DNA of 55,552 bases. It comes from Alphaproteobacteria bacterium (lineage in GTDB: Bacteria; Pseudomonadota; Alphaproteobacteria; Methylaequorales; Methylaequoraceae). Where the stretch lies: contig JBJKUQ010000002.1 of assembly GCA_045563015.1 (NCBI GenBank), positions 1 to 55,552 on the forward strand, in the 5' to 3' direction. Below the pieces are notes generated by a model. That model ran no database searches. It saw nothing but the letters and a program-made list of their open reading frames with translations, and was not told where the DNA came from. How positions within the stretch are numbered: position 1 is the stretch's first letter; every line of letters begins with the position of its first letter. Below are positions 1 to 9,555 of this stretch, piece after piece. The position numbers and the translations under genes were made by a program.

Positions 1-1
1 T

Positions 2-757
2 AGAGAAATTCGAAAAAAGTGGTTTCTAAATGCCAAGCACCCCGATAATATTGAATATCTTACTTGCTTTGATACCAAGGATAAATCTTTGTTTTTCAGA
101 AAAAAAGAGATAAATAATAATTCAACGGAATTTTTTCACCCTACATCAATAGGTATTGTTAAAAAAATCAACTATTTAGGTAAAAAAGCTAATGCAAATT
201 GTATAGTAATGTCTACAGATGACACAATTCCAGAGAGAAATTGGGATGAAAAACTAATTACAACTATCAACTGGGAAGAAGAAATTGTTGTTAATACCAG
301 AGATGGTTCGGAAAATAAAGAAAAAAGAGATTATATTATCAAAGGAGTAGTTGTCTCAAAAAAAAGATATGAAAAACTTGGATATATTTTTCATCCTGAA
401 CTTGAACACCTGTTTGCAGATGATTTTCATTCATGGATTTCTTACAGAGATGATGTAGTGATAGAAAGAAAAGATATCTTTTTGGAGCATTTACATCCAT
501 TAGTGAACAATGATTTTAAAGAAGAATGGGATAAATTTTATGAAAGAGTAAATACTAAAGAGAAATATGAAATTGGTGGCGCAATATTCATGAAATTAGT
601 TCAGGATAATATTAATACAAATATCATTGGAAACCTTCTTGATGAATATATTGTTTTAAATAATGGAAAGAAAAAAAATAATTTAAGATTTGTTCTTGAA
701 TCTGCAGGAGTAGATTTTGAAAAAGTTGAAGCTATGGAAAAAGAGGGTGTTATTTAA
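2..757 (+). CDS. Glycosyltransferase-like protein (GT-A/GT2-like), 5'-truncated by the window edge
   Basis: The frame is open from base 2 (REIRKKWFLNAKHPDNIEYLTCFD...), so the TTG at 89 is not the true start. It has a DxD-like STDD motif, FADD and LEHLHP, as seen in GT-A-fold island genes. Confidence 0.55.
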   Translation, partial: REIRKKWFLNAKHPDNIEYLTCFDTKDKSLFFRKKEINNNSTEFFHPTSIGIVKKINYLGKKANANCIVMSTDDTIPERNWDEKLITTINWEEEIVVNTRDGSENKEKRDYIIKGVVVSKKRYEKLGYIFHPELEHLFADDFHSWISYRDDVVIERKDIFLEHLHPLVNNDFKEEWDKFYERVNTKEKYEIGGAIFMKLVQDNINTNIIGNLLDEYIVLNNGKKKNNLRFVLESAGVDFEKVEAMEKEGVI

Positions 758-801
758 ATAAATTGAATCTATTTGGCATGAATATTGAGTGCTAATTATC
801 A

Positions 802-1401
802 ATGTCATACAAATACACAAATAATTGGCACCAGACTGTTCAAGGGTTTTGGGATGAAATATTAGGGAATTTTGATATTACTAAGGTTTTAGAAATAGGT
901 TCATATGAAGGTCAAAGCGCTTGCTATCTTGCTAATAGGATGTCTTATGGAGACATTTATTGTGTTGATAACTGGTTAGATTGTGAACCCAAAAAAAATA
1001 ATATAAAATTTTCTGACGTTGAAAGCAAATTTGATTATAATATTAAATTAGCTAAGAAAAAAAATAAACTTATTAAGATTCATAAATATAAAAATGAATC
1101 ATACAAACAACTATCAAAATTTATTGCAGATGGTTTAGAAAATTATTTTGACTTAATCTACGTTGATGGTGCTCATGACTCTAAAAACGTAATAATTGAT
1201 GCAATATTATCTTATAAATTAGTGAAGCAGGATGGGATAATTATTTTTGACGATTACTTATGGAAAACTAAAGACAAAAATCTCTTAAAAAGCCCTAAAT
1301 TTGCTATCGACAGTTTTGTTAATATATTTTACGATAAGTTGTATATAATTAGACATACATTAAATCAGTTATATGTCATAAAAACAGATAAATTAGATTG
1401 A
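802..1401 (+). CDS. Class I SAM-dependent methyltransferase (Methyltransf_24-like)
   Basis: Motif I VLEIGSYEGQS, plus FDLIYVDGAH and GIIIFDDYLW. Confidence 0.85.
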   Translation: MSYKYTNNWHQTVQGFWDEILGNFDITKVLEIGSYEGQSACYLANRMSYGDIYCVDNWLDCEPKKNNIKFSDVESKFDYNIKLAKKKNKLIKIHKYKNESYKQLSKFIADGLENYFDLIYVDGAHDSKNVIIDAILSYKLVKQDGIIIFDDYLWKTKDKNLLKSPKFAIDSFVNIFYDKLYIIRHTLNQLYVIKTDKLD

Positions 1402-1487
1402 TTGTTACATTTCGTTTGAAATTATCCAATTCTATCCCCTATTCTCTTAAATCTTTTTTTTAAGTCTTATTGTTGTGAGAACTTCGG

Positions 1488-1510
1488 AAACCCCTACTAC
1501 CTGAGGGTTT
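1488..1510 (-). terminator. Short hairpin just downstream of the tRNA 3' end (terminator-like or att-associated)
   Basis: AAACCC...GGGTTT inverted repeat, 2 nt from the tRNA CCA end. Confidence 0.35.
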
Positions 1511-1512
1511 TA

Positions 1513-1589
1513 TGGTAGCGGAGGAGGGACTTGAACCCCCGACACGCGGATTATGATTCCGCTGCTCTAACCACCTGAGCTACTCCGCC
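1513..1589 (-). tRNA. tRNA-Met (CAT), elongator type
   Basis: Reverse complement reads GGCGGAGTAGCTCAGGTGGTTAGAGCAGCGGAATCATAATCCGCGTGTCGGGGGTTCAAGTCCCTCCTCCGCTACCA: cloverleaf, CAT anticodon, GTTCAA T-loop and encoded CCA. It lacks the initiator GGG/CCC anticodon stem. Confidence 0.95.
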
Positions 1590-1834
1590 ATATTATTTAA
1601 GAAATCTTTGAAGTTCCTTATTAAATGCCTGAATGTTACTGAAATTAATATCATATTCAAGTCCATGCTGTAATTTCTTATTATAAAATTAATTAATAAA
1701 ATTAAATTATCTAATAAAATTAAATTTTATAAGTATTAATGTTTAATTTTACATTAATAACTTTAATGCATAAAACTGTAAGTATGGTTTGCATTTCTCT
1801 AAATTATTATTAATTTAAATATTTAATAATTTTT

Positions 1835-3061
1835 TTGGCTTATAACTTGATTGCAAATTTTAAAAAAGTAAGAAATAACACACTTAGACTAATCTCAAGC
1901 TTAAATCCTGAAGATATGGTTGTTCAGGCTTCAGATTTTGTAAGTCCTGTAAAATGGCACCTAGCCCATACTTCTTGGTTTTTTGAAAAATTTATTCTCT
2001 CTAAATTAAAGAAATACAAACCTTTTAATAAATCTTTTGATTATATTTTTAACTCTTACTATAATTCAATTGGAAACTTCAATCAAAAAAAAGATAGGGG
2101 TATAGTCAGTAGACCTTCAGTAACCGAGGTAATTGAATATAGAGAATATGTAAATACACATATCTATGAAATTTTAGAAAAAAAACTTGATCCTGAAATA
2201 TCTAATCTTTTAAATCTAGGAATTAATCACGAACAACAACACCAAGAGCTTATAATTATGGATATTAAGTATAATTTTTTTAAAAATCCTCTTAAACCAG
2301 AATTTTTAAAAAAGAAAAAAAAGAAAAATATAAAATATGAAAAGATTGACTGGAATGTTGAAAAGAAAACAACTTTCGAATATGGGAATAAAGATAATCG
2401 ATTTCACTATGACAATGAGTCACCAGCAAATACTCATGAAATTTTTCCATTTAAACTAAGTGTTGACTTTATATCAAATGGGCAGTGGAAAGAGTTTATT
2501 GAAAGTGATGGTTATAAGAGACCTGAATTTTGGTTATCTGATGGTTGGCAATATATTAAAAAAAAAAATATTACTAAACCTCTCTATTGGCTAGAAGATA
2601 ATTTTAAATTTTCACTTTTTGGAATTGAAAAAATTAATGATAATCAACCCGTTTCACATATAAGTTTTTATGAGGCAAATGCATATTGTCGTTTTAAAAA
2701 AAAAAGACTTCCAACAGAATTTGAATATGAATATTTTTTAAAAAACAATCCATTAAAAGGAAATTTTCTTGAAAATAAAAATTTCGAAGAGATAACAATT
2801 AATAAAAAAAATCAAAAGGAGAATGCGTACGGTAATTTATGGTCTTGGACTAGTAGTTATTATTTGCCATACCAAGGATTTAAATCATTTGAAGGTGAAT
2901 TATCTGAGTACAACCAAAAGTTTATGTGCAATCAATTTGTATTAAAGGGTGGTTCATTTGCAACTCCAAAAGACCATGTAAGATCATCCTACAGAAATTT
3001 TTATTATCCATCTGATAGGTGGCTTTTTTCTGGTTTAAGGACAGTATCCAATATTTCATAA
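1835..3061 (+). CDS. egtB: Ergothioneine biosynthesis sulfoxide synthase EgtB
   Basis: DinB-like WHLAHTSWFFE, FNSYY, HEQQHQEL iron ligands, and a C-terminal FGE-sulfatase domain (RLPTEFE, GNLWSWT, VLKGGS, YRNFY). Adjacent to egtD. TTG start. Confidence 0.93.
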   Translation: MAYNLIANFKKVRNNTLRLISSLNPEDMVVQASDFVSPVKWHLAHTSWFFEKFILSKLKKYKPFNKSFDYIFNSYYNSIGNFNQKKDRGIVSRPSVTEVIEYREYVNTHIYEILEKKLDPEISNLLNLGINHEQQHQELIIMDIKYNFFKNPLKPEFLKKKKKKNIKYEKIDWNVEKKTTFEYGNKDNRFHYDNESPANTHEIFPFKLSVDFISNGQWKEFIESDGYKRPEFWLSDGWQYIKKKNITKPLYWLEDNFKFSLFGIEKINDNQPVSHISFYEANAYCRFKKKRLPTEFEYEYFLKNNPLKGNFLENKNFEEITINKKNQKENAYGNLWSWTSSYYLPYQGFKSFEGELSEYNQKFMCNQFVLKGGSFATPKDHVRSSYRNFYYPSDRWLFSGLRTVSNIS

Positions 3062-4029
3062 TGGTTGATAATTTTGATATCTATAATCTTAAGGAAAATA
3101 TTATTGAGGATAATACTGAGATAATTTCAGGATTGGAAAATACTGAACAAAAAAAAATTAATTCAAAACATTTTTATGATGAAGAAGGTTCAAAACTATT
3201 TGATAAAATTACAGAACTTCCTGAATATTATCCAACTCGAACAGAAATTGAAATTTTAGAAAAAAAAACCAGATCTTTTCAAGAAAATTTGCCATCAGAT
3301 GCTGTGATTATAGAATTTGGTAGTGGTTCAAATAAAAAGATAAAAAAATTACTTAAAGCACTTAAAAATCCAAAAGAGTATATTTCAATTGATATAAGTT
3401 ATGACTTCCTGATATTAAATGCTAAAGAAATAGCAAAAAATTTTCCTCAGATCGATGTTAAAGCTGTTTGTGCTGATCTTTATCAAATAAATGAATTAAG
3501 TAAATTATTTAAATATAAAAAACAACAAAAGATTGGCTTCTTTCCTGGTTCAACAATTGGTAATTTTACACGAGGAGATGCAAAAAAACTTCTAAAAAAT
3601 TTTGCATCAATTTTAGGAAAAAATAATTATCTAATTATTGGTATTGATTTAAGAAAAAATATCAATGTTATGGAAAAAGCCTATAATGATTCAAAAGGTG
3701 TTACTGCAAAATTCAACAAAAATATTTTACATGGTATAAACAAAAAAATTGGAACTAATTTTAAAGTAGAAAATTTTGATCATAAAGCCTATTTTAATGA
3801 AGAAAAAAAAAGAATTGAAATGCACTTAATTAGTAAGATTAATCAAAACTTTTCAATAAAAGATAAACAAATAATTTTACAAAAGGGAGAATCAATTCAT
3901 ACAGAGAATTCTCATAAATATTCTATTGATGAGTTCAAGAATCTTACATATTCATGTGGGTTTGAAACTATTGATTTTTTAAGTGATGAAAAAAAATATT
4001 TTGGTGTATTTTTTCTGAAGGTATTTTAA
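3061..4029 (+). CDS. egtD: L-histidine N-alpha-methyltransferase EgtD
   Basis: FYDEEGSKLFDKITELPEYYPTRTE, IEFGSGS, FFPGSTIGNF, AYNDSKGVTAKFN, RIEMHL, IHTENSHKY. The ATG at 3061 overlaps the egtB stop (TAATG). Confidence 0.95.
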   Translation: MVDNFDIYNLKENIIEDNTEIISGLENTEQKKINSKHFYDEEGSKLFDKITELPEYYPTRTEIEILEKKTRSFQENLPSDAVIIEFGSGSNKKIKKLLKALKNPKEYISIDISYDFLILNAKEIAKNFPQIDVKAVCADLYQINELSKLFKYKKQQKIGFFPGSTIGNFTRGDAKKLLKNFASILGKNNYLIIGIDLRKNINVMEKAYNDSKGVTAKFNKNILHGINKKIGTNFKVENFDHKAYFNEEKKRIEMHLISKINQNFSIKDKQIILQKGESIHTENSHKYSIDEFKNLTYSCGFETIDFLSDEKKYFGVFFLKVF

Positions 4030-4032
4030 AAA

Positions 4033-5163
4033 TTGAAATATATCAATTTCAACAATGCTGGTTCAAGTTTTTTGCAATCAAACACAATCAATGCAATTAA
4101 TAATTATATAAAAAATGAAAATAAGTATGGTGGCTATTATACGCAAGATATTTTTGAGAATAAAATTAGTAAATTCTATAAAAATGCTGCATACCTAATT
4201 AACTGTAAACCAAATAATATATCATTTATTCAAAACACAACGTTAGGTTGGAATTTTTTATTAGAATCAATAAATTTTAAGAAAAACTCAAATATTGTAA
4301 TTTTTGATAATGAATATGGAAGCAATCTTATAAGCTTAATAAAGAAAAAAATAGAAATAAGGATTTCAAAGTTGAAATCTAATGGACAATTTTGTTTACA
4401 TGATTTAAAAAAAAAAATAAATAAGAATACGATTCTAATTAATGCTTGTCACATTGCATCTCAATGTGGAAATGTTTTAGATATAAATTCATTAGGAATA
4501 TTTATAAAAAAAAATTACCCTAAGACCTTTTTCGTTATTGATGCTTGTCAATCAGCTGGACATATAAATTTAGATGTTAAAAAAAATCATTGTGATGCCT
4601 TAATTACGTCTGGAAGAAAATACCTTAGAGGCCCAAGAGGCACAGGTTTTATATATTTAAACCAATATTTTCGTAAAAAAATATCACCAAAATTTCTTGA
4701 CTTAAGTAGTGCAAGAATCAAAAATAAAAAAATTGAGATTAATAAAAATCATAAGATATTTGAAGTTTTTGAATTTTCACCTGCATTAAAAATTGGTTTA
4801 TCGAAATCTATAAATAATATTACTAAATTTGGGTTAAGAAGAATTGAAAAAAAAAATATTGGTTTGAGCAAGAGATTAAGAAAAAGACTTGAAAATCATG
4901 ATGTGTGTTTTCTGGAAGATTCTGAGTATTTATCTGGAATTAATACTATGGTATTAAAAAAAATTGATATTGAAAATTTACATACCTACCTACTAAAAAA
5001 AGGAATATTAACGTCTATATCCTCAACACAAACTTCAACACTTTACTTCAATAGAATCAAGAAAAAAAAGGTTTTAAGAATATCTTTTCACTATTACAAC
5101 ACATTAACACAAGTCAATTATCTAGCTGATTGTATAATTAGTTTTTTAAAAAAAAAAATTTAA
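4033..5163 (+). CDS. Class V PLP-dependent enzyme, probable hercynylcysteine sulfoxide C-S lyase (EgtE/Egt2-like)
   Basis: FNNAGSS, IDACQSAGH, PLP-lysine motif SGRKYLRGPRGTGF, RISFHYYNT. Starts 3 nt after egtD. No desulfurase catalytic-Cys motif. Confidence 0.7.
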   Translation: MKYINFNNAGSSFLQSNTINAINNYIKNENKYGGYYTQDIFENKISKFYKNAAYLINCKPNNISFIQNTTLGWNFLLESINFKKNSNIVIFDNEYGSNLISLIKKKIEIRISKLKSNGQFCLHDLKKKINKNTILINACHIASQCGNVLDINSLGIFIKKNYPKTFFVIDACQSAGHINLDVKKNHCDALITSGRKYLRGPRGTGFIYLNQYFRKKISPKFLDLSSARIKNKKIEINKNHKIFEVFEFSPALKIGLSKSINNITKFGLRRIEKKNIGLSKRLRKRLENHDVCFLEDSEYLSGINTMVLKKIDIENLHTYLLKKGILTSISSTQTSTLYFNRIKKKKVLRISFHYYNTLTQVNYLADCIISFLKKKI

Positions 5164-5167
5164 CAGA

Positions 5168-6319
5168 TTATTTTTTCTCTCCAGAGGTTATCCAACCACC
5201 ACCTATAACTTTATCATTTGAATTATAAAATACACAAGCCTGACCAGGAGCTATACCAAACTCTGGTTTCGAAAGTTCAACTGTTGCAATTTTATTTTTA
5301 TTGGAAAGTATTTTAACTTTAGCAGATATGAGATTCCTTCTTGACCTAACCTTAATATATGCATCAAAAATTTTTTTTGGATTTTTTTTAGAGACAAAAT
5401 TAATTTCTTTTAAATATATTAAATATTTTGCTAACTTTTCTTTGGGACCAACAATTATTTTATTTTCTTTTTTATTAATTTTTAAAACATAATAAGGCTG
5501 ATTCTGATTTATTCCATTTATACCACCAATACCTATCCCTTTCCTTTGACCAATAGTATAATTAGTGATTCCATTATGAGTTCCCAAAATTTTGCCATCA
5601 ACATTTTCAATAGCCCCTTCATTTGGCTCAATAAATTTATTCTTTTTTAGAAATTCTCTATAATTTCCGTCTGGTATAAAACAAATATCTTGGCTATCAC
5701 TTTTATTAGCTACAGATAAACCAAAATTACTAGCTAATTCTCTAATTTCATTTTTAGTAAAATAACCTAGAGGAAACCTAAGAACTTTTAATTGCTCTTG
5801 AGTAGTAGCAAATAAAAAATAACTTTGATCTTTTTGATTATCATTAGCACAAAATAGATTTATACCATCAGAAGTTTCAATTCTTTTAATGTAATGTCCA
5901 GTTGCTAAAACAGAATAATTAATCGATTTTGTAAAACTAATTAAATCTGTAAATTTTACAGTTTGATTACACCTTATACAAGGTATGGGTGTTTCACCAT
6001 TAATATAACTTGTAGCAAATTCATTAATAACTGAATCCTTAAATTTCTTTTCAAAATTTAAAATATAATGTTTAATTCCAATCTTTTTACAAACATTTCT
6101 GGCATCTGCAATATCAACACCTGAACAGCAAGTTTTTGGTTTTTTTTTACTTTTAGATTCGTAAAGTTTCATAGTAACTCCCACAACTTCGTACCCTGCT
6201 TGATTTAAAAGAGCAGCGGTTACAGATGAGTCAACACCACCTGACATAGCAACAACAATTTTTGATCCTTCAGGAGGTAAATTATTAACTTTTACAAAAT
6301 TCTTATAATCAACTTTCAC
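5168..6319 (-). CDS. mnmA: tRNA 2-thiouridylase MnmA
   Basis: VAMSGGVDSS PP-loop, PCIRCN, ATGHY, KDQSYFL, DSQDICF, YTIGQRKG, APGQACVFY. Confidence 0.97.
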   Translation of the reverse strand: MKVDYKNFVKVNNLPPEGSKIVVAMSGGVDSSVTAALLNQAGYEVVGVTMKLYESKSKKKPKTCCSGVDIADARNVCKKIGIKHYILNFEKKFKDSVINEFATSYINGETPIPCIRCNQTVKFTDLISFTKSINYSVLATGHYIKRIETSDGINLFCANDNQKDQSYFLFATTQEQLKVLRFPLGYFTKNEIRELASNFGLSVANKSDSQDICFIPDGNYREFLKKNKFIEPNEGAIENVDGKILGTHNGITNYTIGQRKGIGIGGINGINQNQPYYVLKINKKENKIIVGPKEKLAKYLIYLKEINFVSKKNPKKIFDAYIKVRSRRNLISAKVKILSNKNKIATVELSKPEFGIAPGQACVFYNSNDKVIGGGWITSGEKK

Positions 6320-6519
6320 TAATCTCTCTCTTCAATCCATGCCATTTGTATAGCTTCTAAAATTTTTTCATTAGATAGATTTGGATCATCATTAAAATCA
6401 TCCAAATCAATTATCCATTTATGAAGGTCAGTATATCTAAGGTTAATGTTATCCTTATCTGGATATAAATCCTCAAGGTAAATAGCAATCTCTCTATAAT
6501 CTGACCATTTTAAACTCAT
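6319..6519 (-). CDS. iscX: Fe-S assembly protein IscX
   Basis: LKWSD..EIAI.L, LRYTDLH.WI, EKILEAIQMAWIEE; follows fdx. Confidence 0.95.
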   Translation of the reverse strand: MSLKWSDYREIAIYLEDLYPDKDNINLRYTDLHKWIIDLDDFNDDPNLSNEKILEAIQMAWIEERD

Positions 6520-6520
6520 T

Positions 6521-6853
6521 TTAGTCTACACTTATATTTCTTGTACCACTAGGCACTTTGACTTTCATACCGTTTAAAGTATCATTTATTATAATCTGAC
6601 AGCCTAAGCGAGATGTATGTGTTAAACCAAATGCAAGGTCCAACATATCTTCTTCCTCTTCGGACGGTTCAGGTAAGCTTTCAAAATATTCTTTATCAAC
6701 TATTACATGACAAGTTGAACAAGCAAGTGATCCTTCACATGCACCTTCAAGTGAAATACCATTATTGTGTGCAACCTCTAGAAGAGATAATCCATTTTGG
6801 GCCTCAACTTCTTTCTCTTTACCATCTGGTTCAATAAAGATAATTTTAGTCAA
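6521..6853 (-). CDS. fdx: ISC [2Fe-2S] ferredoxin
   Basis: [30 protein letters not shown]. Confidence 0.95.
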   Translation of the reverse strand: MTKIIFIEPDGKEKEVEAQNGLSLLEVAHNNGISLEGACEGSLACSTCHVIVDKEYFESLPEPSEEEEDMLDLAFGLTHTSRLGCQIIINDTLNGMKVKVPSGTRNISVD

Positions 6854-6855
6854 TT

Positions 6856-8643
6856 TTACTCCAATTCATCAACTTTTTTTCCAACAAAACTAGAAAAATT
6901 TCTATCAATCATTAGCTGTGCAAAATTTTTTGTACACTCGTTTAAATCTTCAATTAGGATATCAATTTTTTTTTTATTATCACTCTTTAATGTAGTTTTC
7001 ATCATTTTTATAATTTTGTTAATATTTTGAACTTCATTTTTTGAACACAACTCTTTAATTTCATTTTGAACGCTATTAACCTCATTCATAAATTTAGTAG
7101 CTTTAACTTTAGATTCAATTAATAATCTTAAATCAATATCTTTTTGAGCATTTGAAATACTAGATTCAACAATTTCTTTCATTTCATTTATCGATAAATC
7201 ATTAGAGGTTTTGACTACCAAGCTATTTTCTTGACTGGATGATTCATCAAAAGCTGAAACAAACAAAATTCCATCAACATCCAATGAAAACCTAACATTA
7301 ATTCTAGGTATTCCGGCAGACTTTGGCTCAAGTCCTGATAAAATGAATTCTCCAAGAATGGTATTGTCAGAAATAGTTTCTCTTTCACCTTGAATAATTT
7401 TTATTTTAATGGATGTTTGGCCATTTTCATTAGTGGTAAAGCTTTGCTCTTTAATACATGGAATTGCAGTATTTCTGGGGATTATTTTTTCCATAAGACC
7501 ACCCATTGTTTCAATACCCAATGATAAAGGAGTTACATCTAACAATAGGTTTTGAGAACCATTTAATAATTCATAACCATGTAACGCTGCTCCATGAGAC
7601 ACAACTAAATCTGGGTCGAGTTCATCAAATATTTTTTTCTTAAAATTATCTTTTATTTTTTCCTTGATTAATTTGAGTCTTGTTGAGCCTCCAACTAATA
7701 TAAAACCATCAATTGAATCAAGTTCCACTTCACACTCAGAAATTAAATTTCTTGTAATAGTAATAGTTTTTTCAACTAGTTCTTTTACCGAATCATTCAA
7801 GTTTATTTCATTAAGAGTAACAGTTTTTATTTTTTTGTTTATGGAAATTTCTTCGGTAATTTTCTCCTCTTTTAGTAACTTTTCTTTAAAATATTTACAC
7901 TCTTTTAAAAAACGGACCTTTTCATCTTTATTTAGATTTTGAAAATTAGTTTCAAAAAAATCTTTTAGGATTTTTTCAGCAAATAATAAATCAAAATCAT
8001 CGCCTCCAAGATTAGGATCGCCACTAGTTCCTAAAACTTTAAAAATTTTGTCTCTTAATTTTAATAAGGAGATATCAAATGTACCTCCTCCAAGATCAAA
8101 AACTAAAAAAGTTCCTCTCTTCTTTTTCTCAAGACCATAAGCAAATGCTGCTGCAGTAGGTTCATTTATAAGTCTCCTAACATTCAAACCAGCCAAAAAT
8201 GCAGCTCTCATTATTCCTGATCGCGCTCTTTCATCAAAATATGCAGGAACAGTTAAAACACAATCACTTATATCTTCATTAAAAAACTGGGAAGATTTAT
8301 CTTTAATGTGAGAAAAAATTTCCTTGGATATTTCTATAGGACTTTTTTGTTCACTTAGATGATTAACATCTAATTTTTTATCTGGATTGTCAGTAAAAAG
8401 TCTTTTAATTGAAAAAATTATTTTGGAAAAATCAACTTCTTTTTTTATATCATTTCCAACTAAAATATTACCTTTGTTATAATAAACAATAGATGGAATA
8501 ATTTTTTGTTTTGTACTATCTTTTACAAAAACTATTTTATTTTCTTTCTTAATTGAACAAACTGAATTTGTTGTACCAAAGTCAATTCCAAGGCAATTAA
8601 TTGTTTCTTTTTTATCATTATCAGTAATATTTATTAAATTCAT
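6856..8643 (-). CDS. hscA: Fe-S assembly Hsp70 chaperone HscA
   Basis: [49 protein letters not shown]; isc operon context. Confidence 0.93.
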   Translation of the reverse strand: MNLINITDNDKKETINCLGIDFGTTNSVCSIKKENKIVFVKDSTKQKIIPSIVYYNKGNILVGNDIKKEVDFSKIIFSIKRLFTDNPDKKLDVNHLSEQKSPIEISKEIFSHIKDKSSQFFNEDISDCVLTVPAYFDERARSGIMRAAFLAGLNVRRLINEPTAAAFAYGLEKKKRGTFLVFDLGGGTFDISLLKLRDKIFKVLGTSGDPNLGGDDFDLLFAEKILKDFFETNFQNLNKDEKVRFLKECKYFKEKLLKEEKITEEISINKKIKTVTLNEINLNDSVKELVEKTITITRNLISECEVELDSIDGFILVGGSTRLKLIKEKIKDNFKKKIFDELDPDLVVSHGAALHGYELLNGSQNLLLDVTPLSLGIETMGGLMEKIIPRNTAIPCIKEQSFTTNENGQTSIKIKIIQGERETISDNTILGEFILSGLEPKSAGIPRINVRFSLDVDGILFVSAFDESSSQENSLVVKTSNDLSINEMKEIVESSISNAQKDIDLRLLIESKVKATKFMNEVNSVQNEIKELCSKNEVQNINKIIKMMKTTLKSDNKKKIDILIEDLNECTKNFAQLMIDRNFSSFVGKKVDELE

Positions 8644-8647
8644 AATC

Positions 8648-9220
8648 TTACTTTAAATTACTATTAATTTTTTCAAGGTACGAGAGTTTTACAGATGATT
8701 TATAAACATTTTTCAATTCTTTAGATTTAAAAAATTTAGAAACCTTGTCTTTTTCTTTATTAATTTGAATTTTAAGTTCATCCTTTATTTTTTTTTTCTC
8801 TTTTTCATTCTCAACTGACATACATTTATTTTGGATTGTCATAATTTCTTCAAGCATTGTAACGTCATTAAATGATTTTTCATTTGGAATAACAAATCCA
8901 TTTAGGTCTAATAAAATTTTTATTCTACTCGTAGTATCTTTAATTAAATTATAAGAATCATTCACAAAAGATGAGTGGATTCCTGCTAATTTTTTTTGTT
9001 CATTGGGAGATTGAACAAATTTATCTGGATGTAAAGTGCTTTGCAAATCAATATATTTATCTTCTAATTTTTCTAAGTTAACTTCAAATTTTCTTTCTAA
9101 TTTAAATAAATCGAATGGGTTGATCTCAAAAGGATCCTGAATTTTTAAACAGTATGTACAATTGAAGCTTGAGATATCTATTTTCTTTTTACAAAACTTA
9201 CAGTCTTTTGTTTGGCTCAT
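8648..9220 (-). CDS. hscB: Fe-S assembly co-chaperone HscB
   Basis: J-domain LHPDKF, N-terminal CxxC..CxxC; lies between iscA and hscA. Confidence 0.92.
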   Translation of the reverse strand: MSQTKDCKFCKKKIDISSFNCTYCLKIQDPFEINPFDLFKLERKFEVNLEKLEDKYIDLQSTLHPDKFVQSPNEQKKLAGIHSSFVNDSYNLIKDTTSRIKILLDLNGFVIPNEKSFNDVTMLEEIMTIQNKCMSVENEKEKKKIKDELKIQINKEKDKVSKFFKSKELKNVYKSSVKLSYLEKINSNLK

Positions 9221-9231
9221 TGATGTTTTTT

Positions 9232-9555
9232 TTAAACATGAAAAGATTCACCACACCCACATCTGCCTTTTTCATTGGGGTTTGAGAATTTAAAACCAGA
9301 TTCTAGTTCTCCCTTAATGTAATCAACTTCAGTACCGATTATAAACAGAGAGGCTTTAGGATCGACAAATATATTTAAATCATCAAATTTGATTACTTCA
9401 TCGCTTTCATCTATCTTTTCTACGTACTCAAGGGTATACGATAACCCGGAGCAACCTTTTGTATTTATACCAACCCTAATACCATGAAGTTGACCCTCTC
9501 TTTGAGAGAGTAATATTTTCATTTGATCTAATGCACTTGGCGTCAGTTTTATCAT
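9232..9555 (-). CDS. iscA: Fe-S carrier IscA
   Basis: GCSGLSY, NPNEKGRCGCGESF. Confidence 0.95.
   Translation of the reverse strand: MIKLTPSALDQMKILLSQREGQLHGIRVGINTKGCSGLSYTLEYVEKIDESDEVIKFDDLNIFVDPKASLFIIGTEVDYIKGELESGFKFSNPNEKGRCGCGESFHV

Noticed and set aside
1370-1445. AGGGG SD-like motif and TTG opening a 17-codon minus-strand ORF downstream of the tRNA, a possible integrase stub
   Set aside because: Too short, with no recognisable motif.
1835-3061. Possibility that the EgtB homologue is SenA (selenoneine) or OvoA (ovothiol)
   Set aside because: No senB or selD neighbours and no fused C-terminal methyltransferase. The adjacent egtD supports ergothioneine.
4033-5163. Possibility that the PLP enzyme is a backup cysteine desulfurase compensating for the broken iscS
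   Set aside because: It lacks the catalytic cysteine loop of IscS and SufS and is coupled to egtBD.
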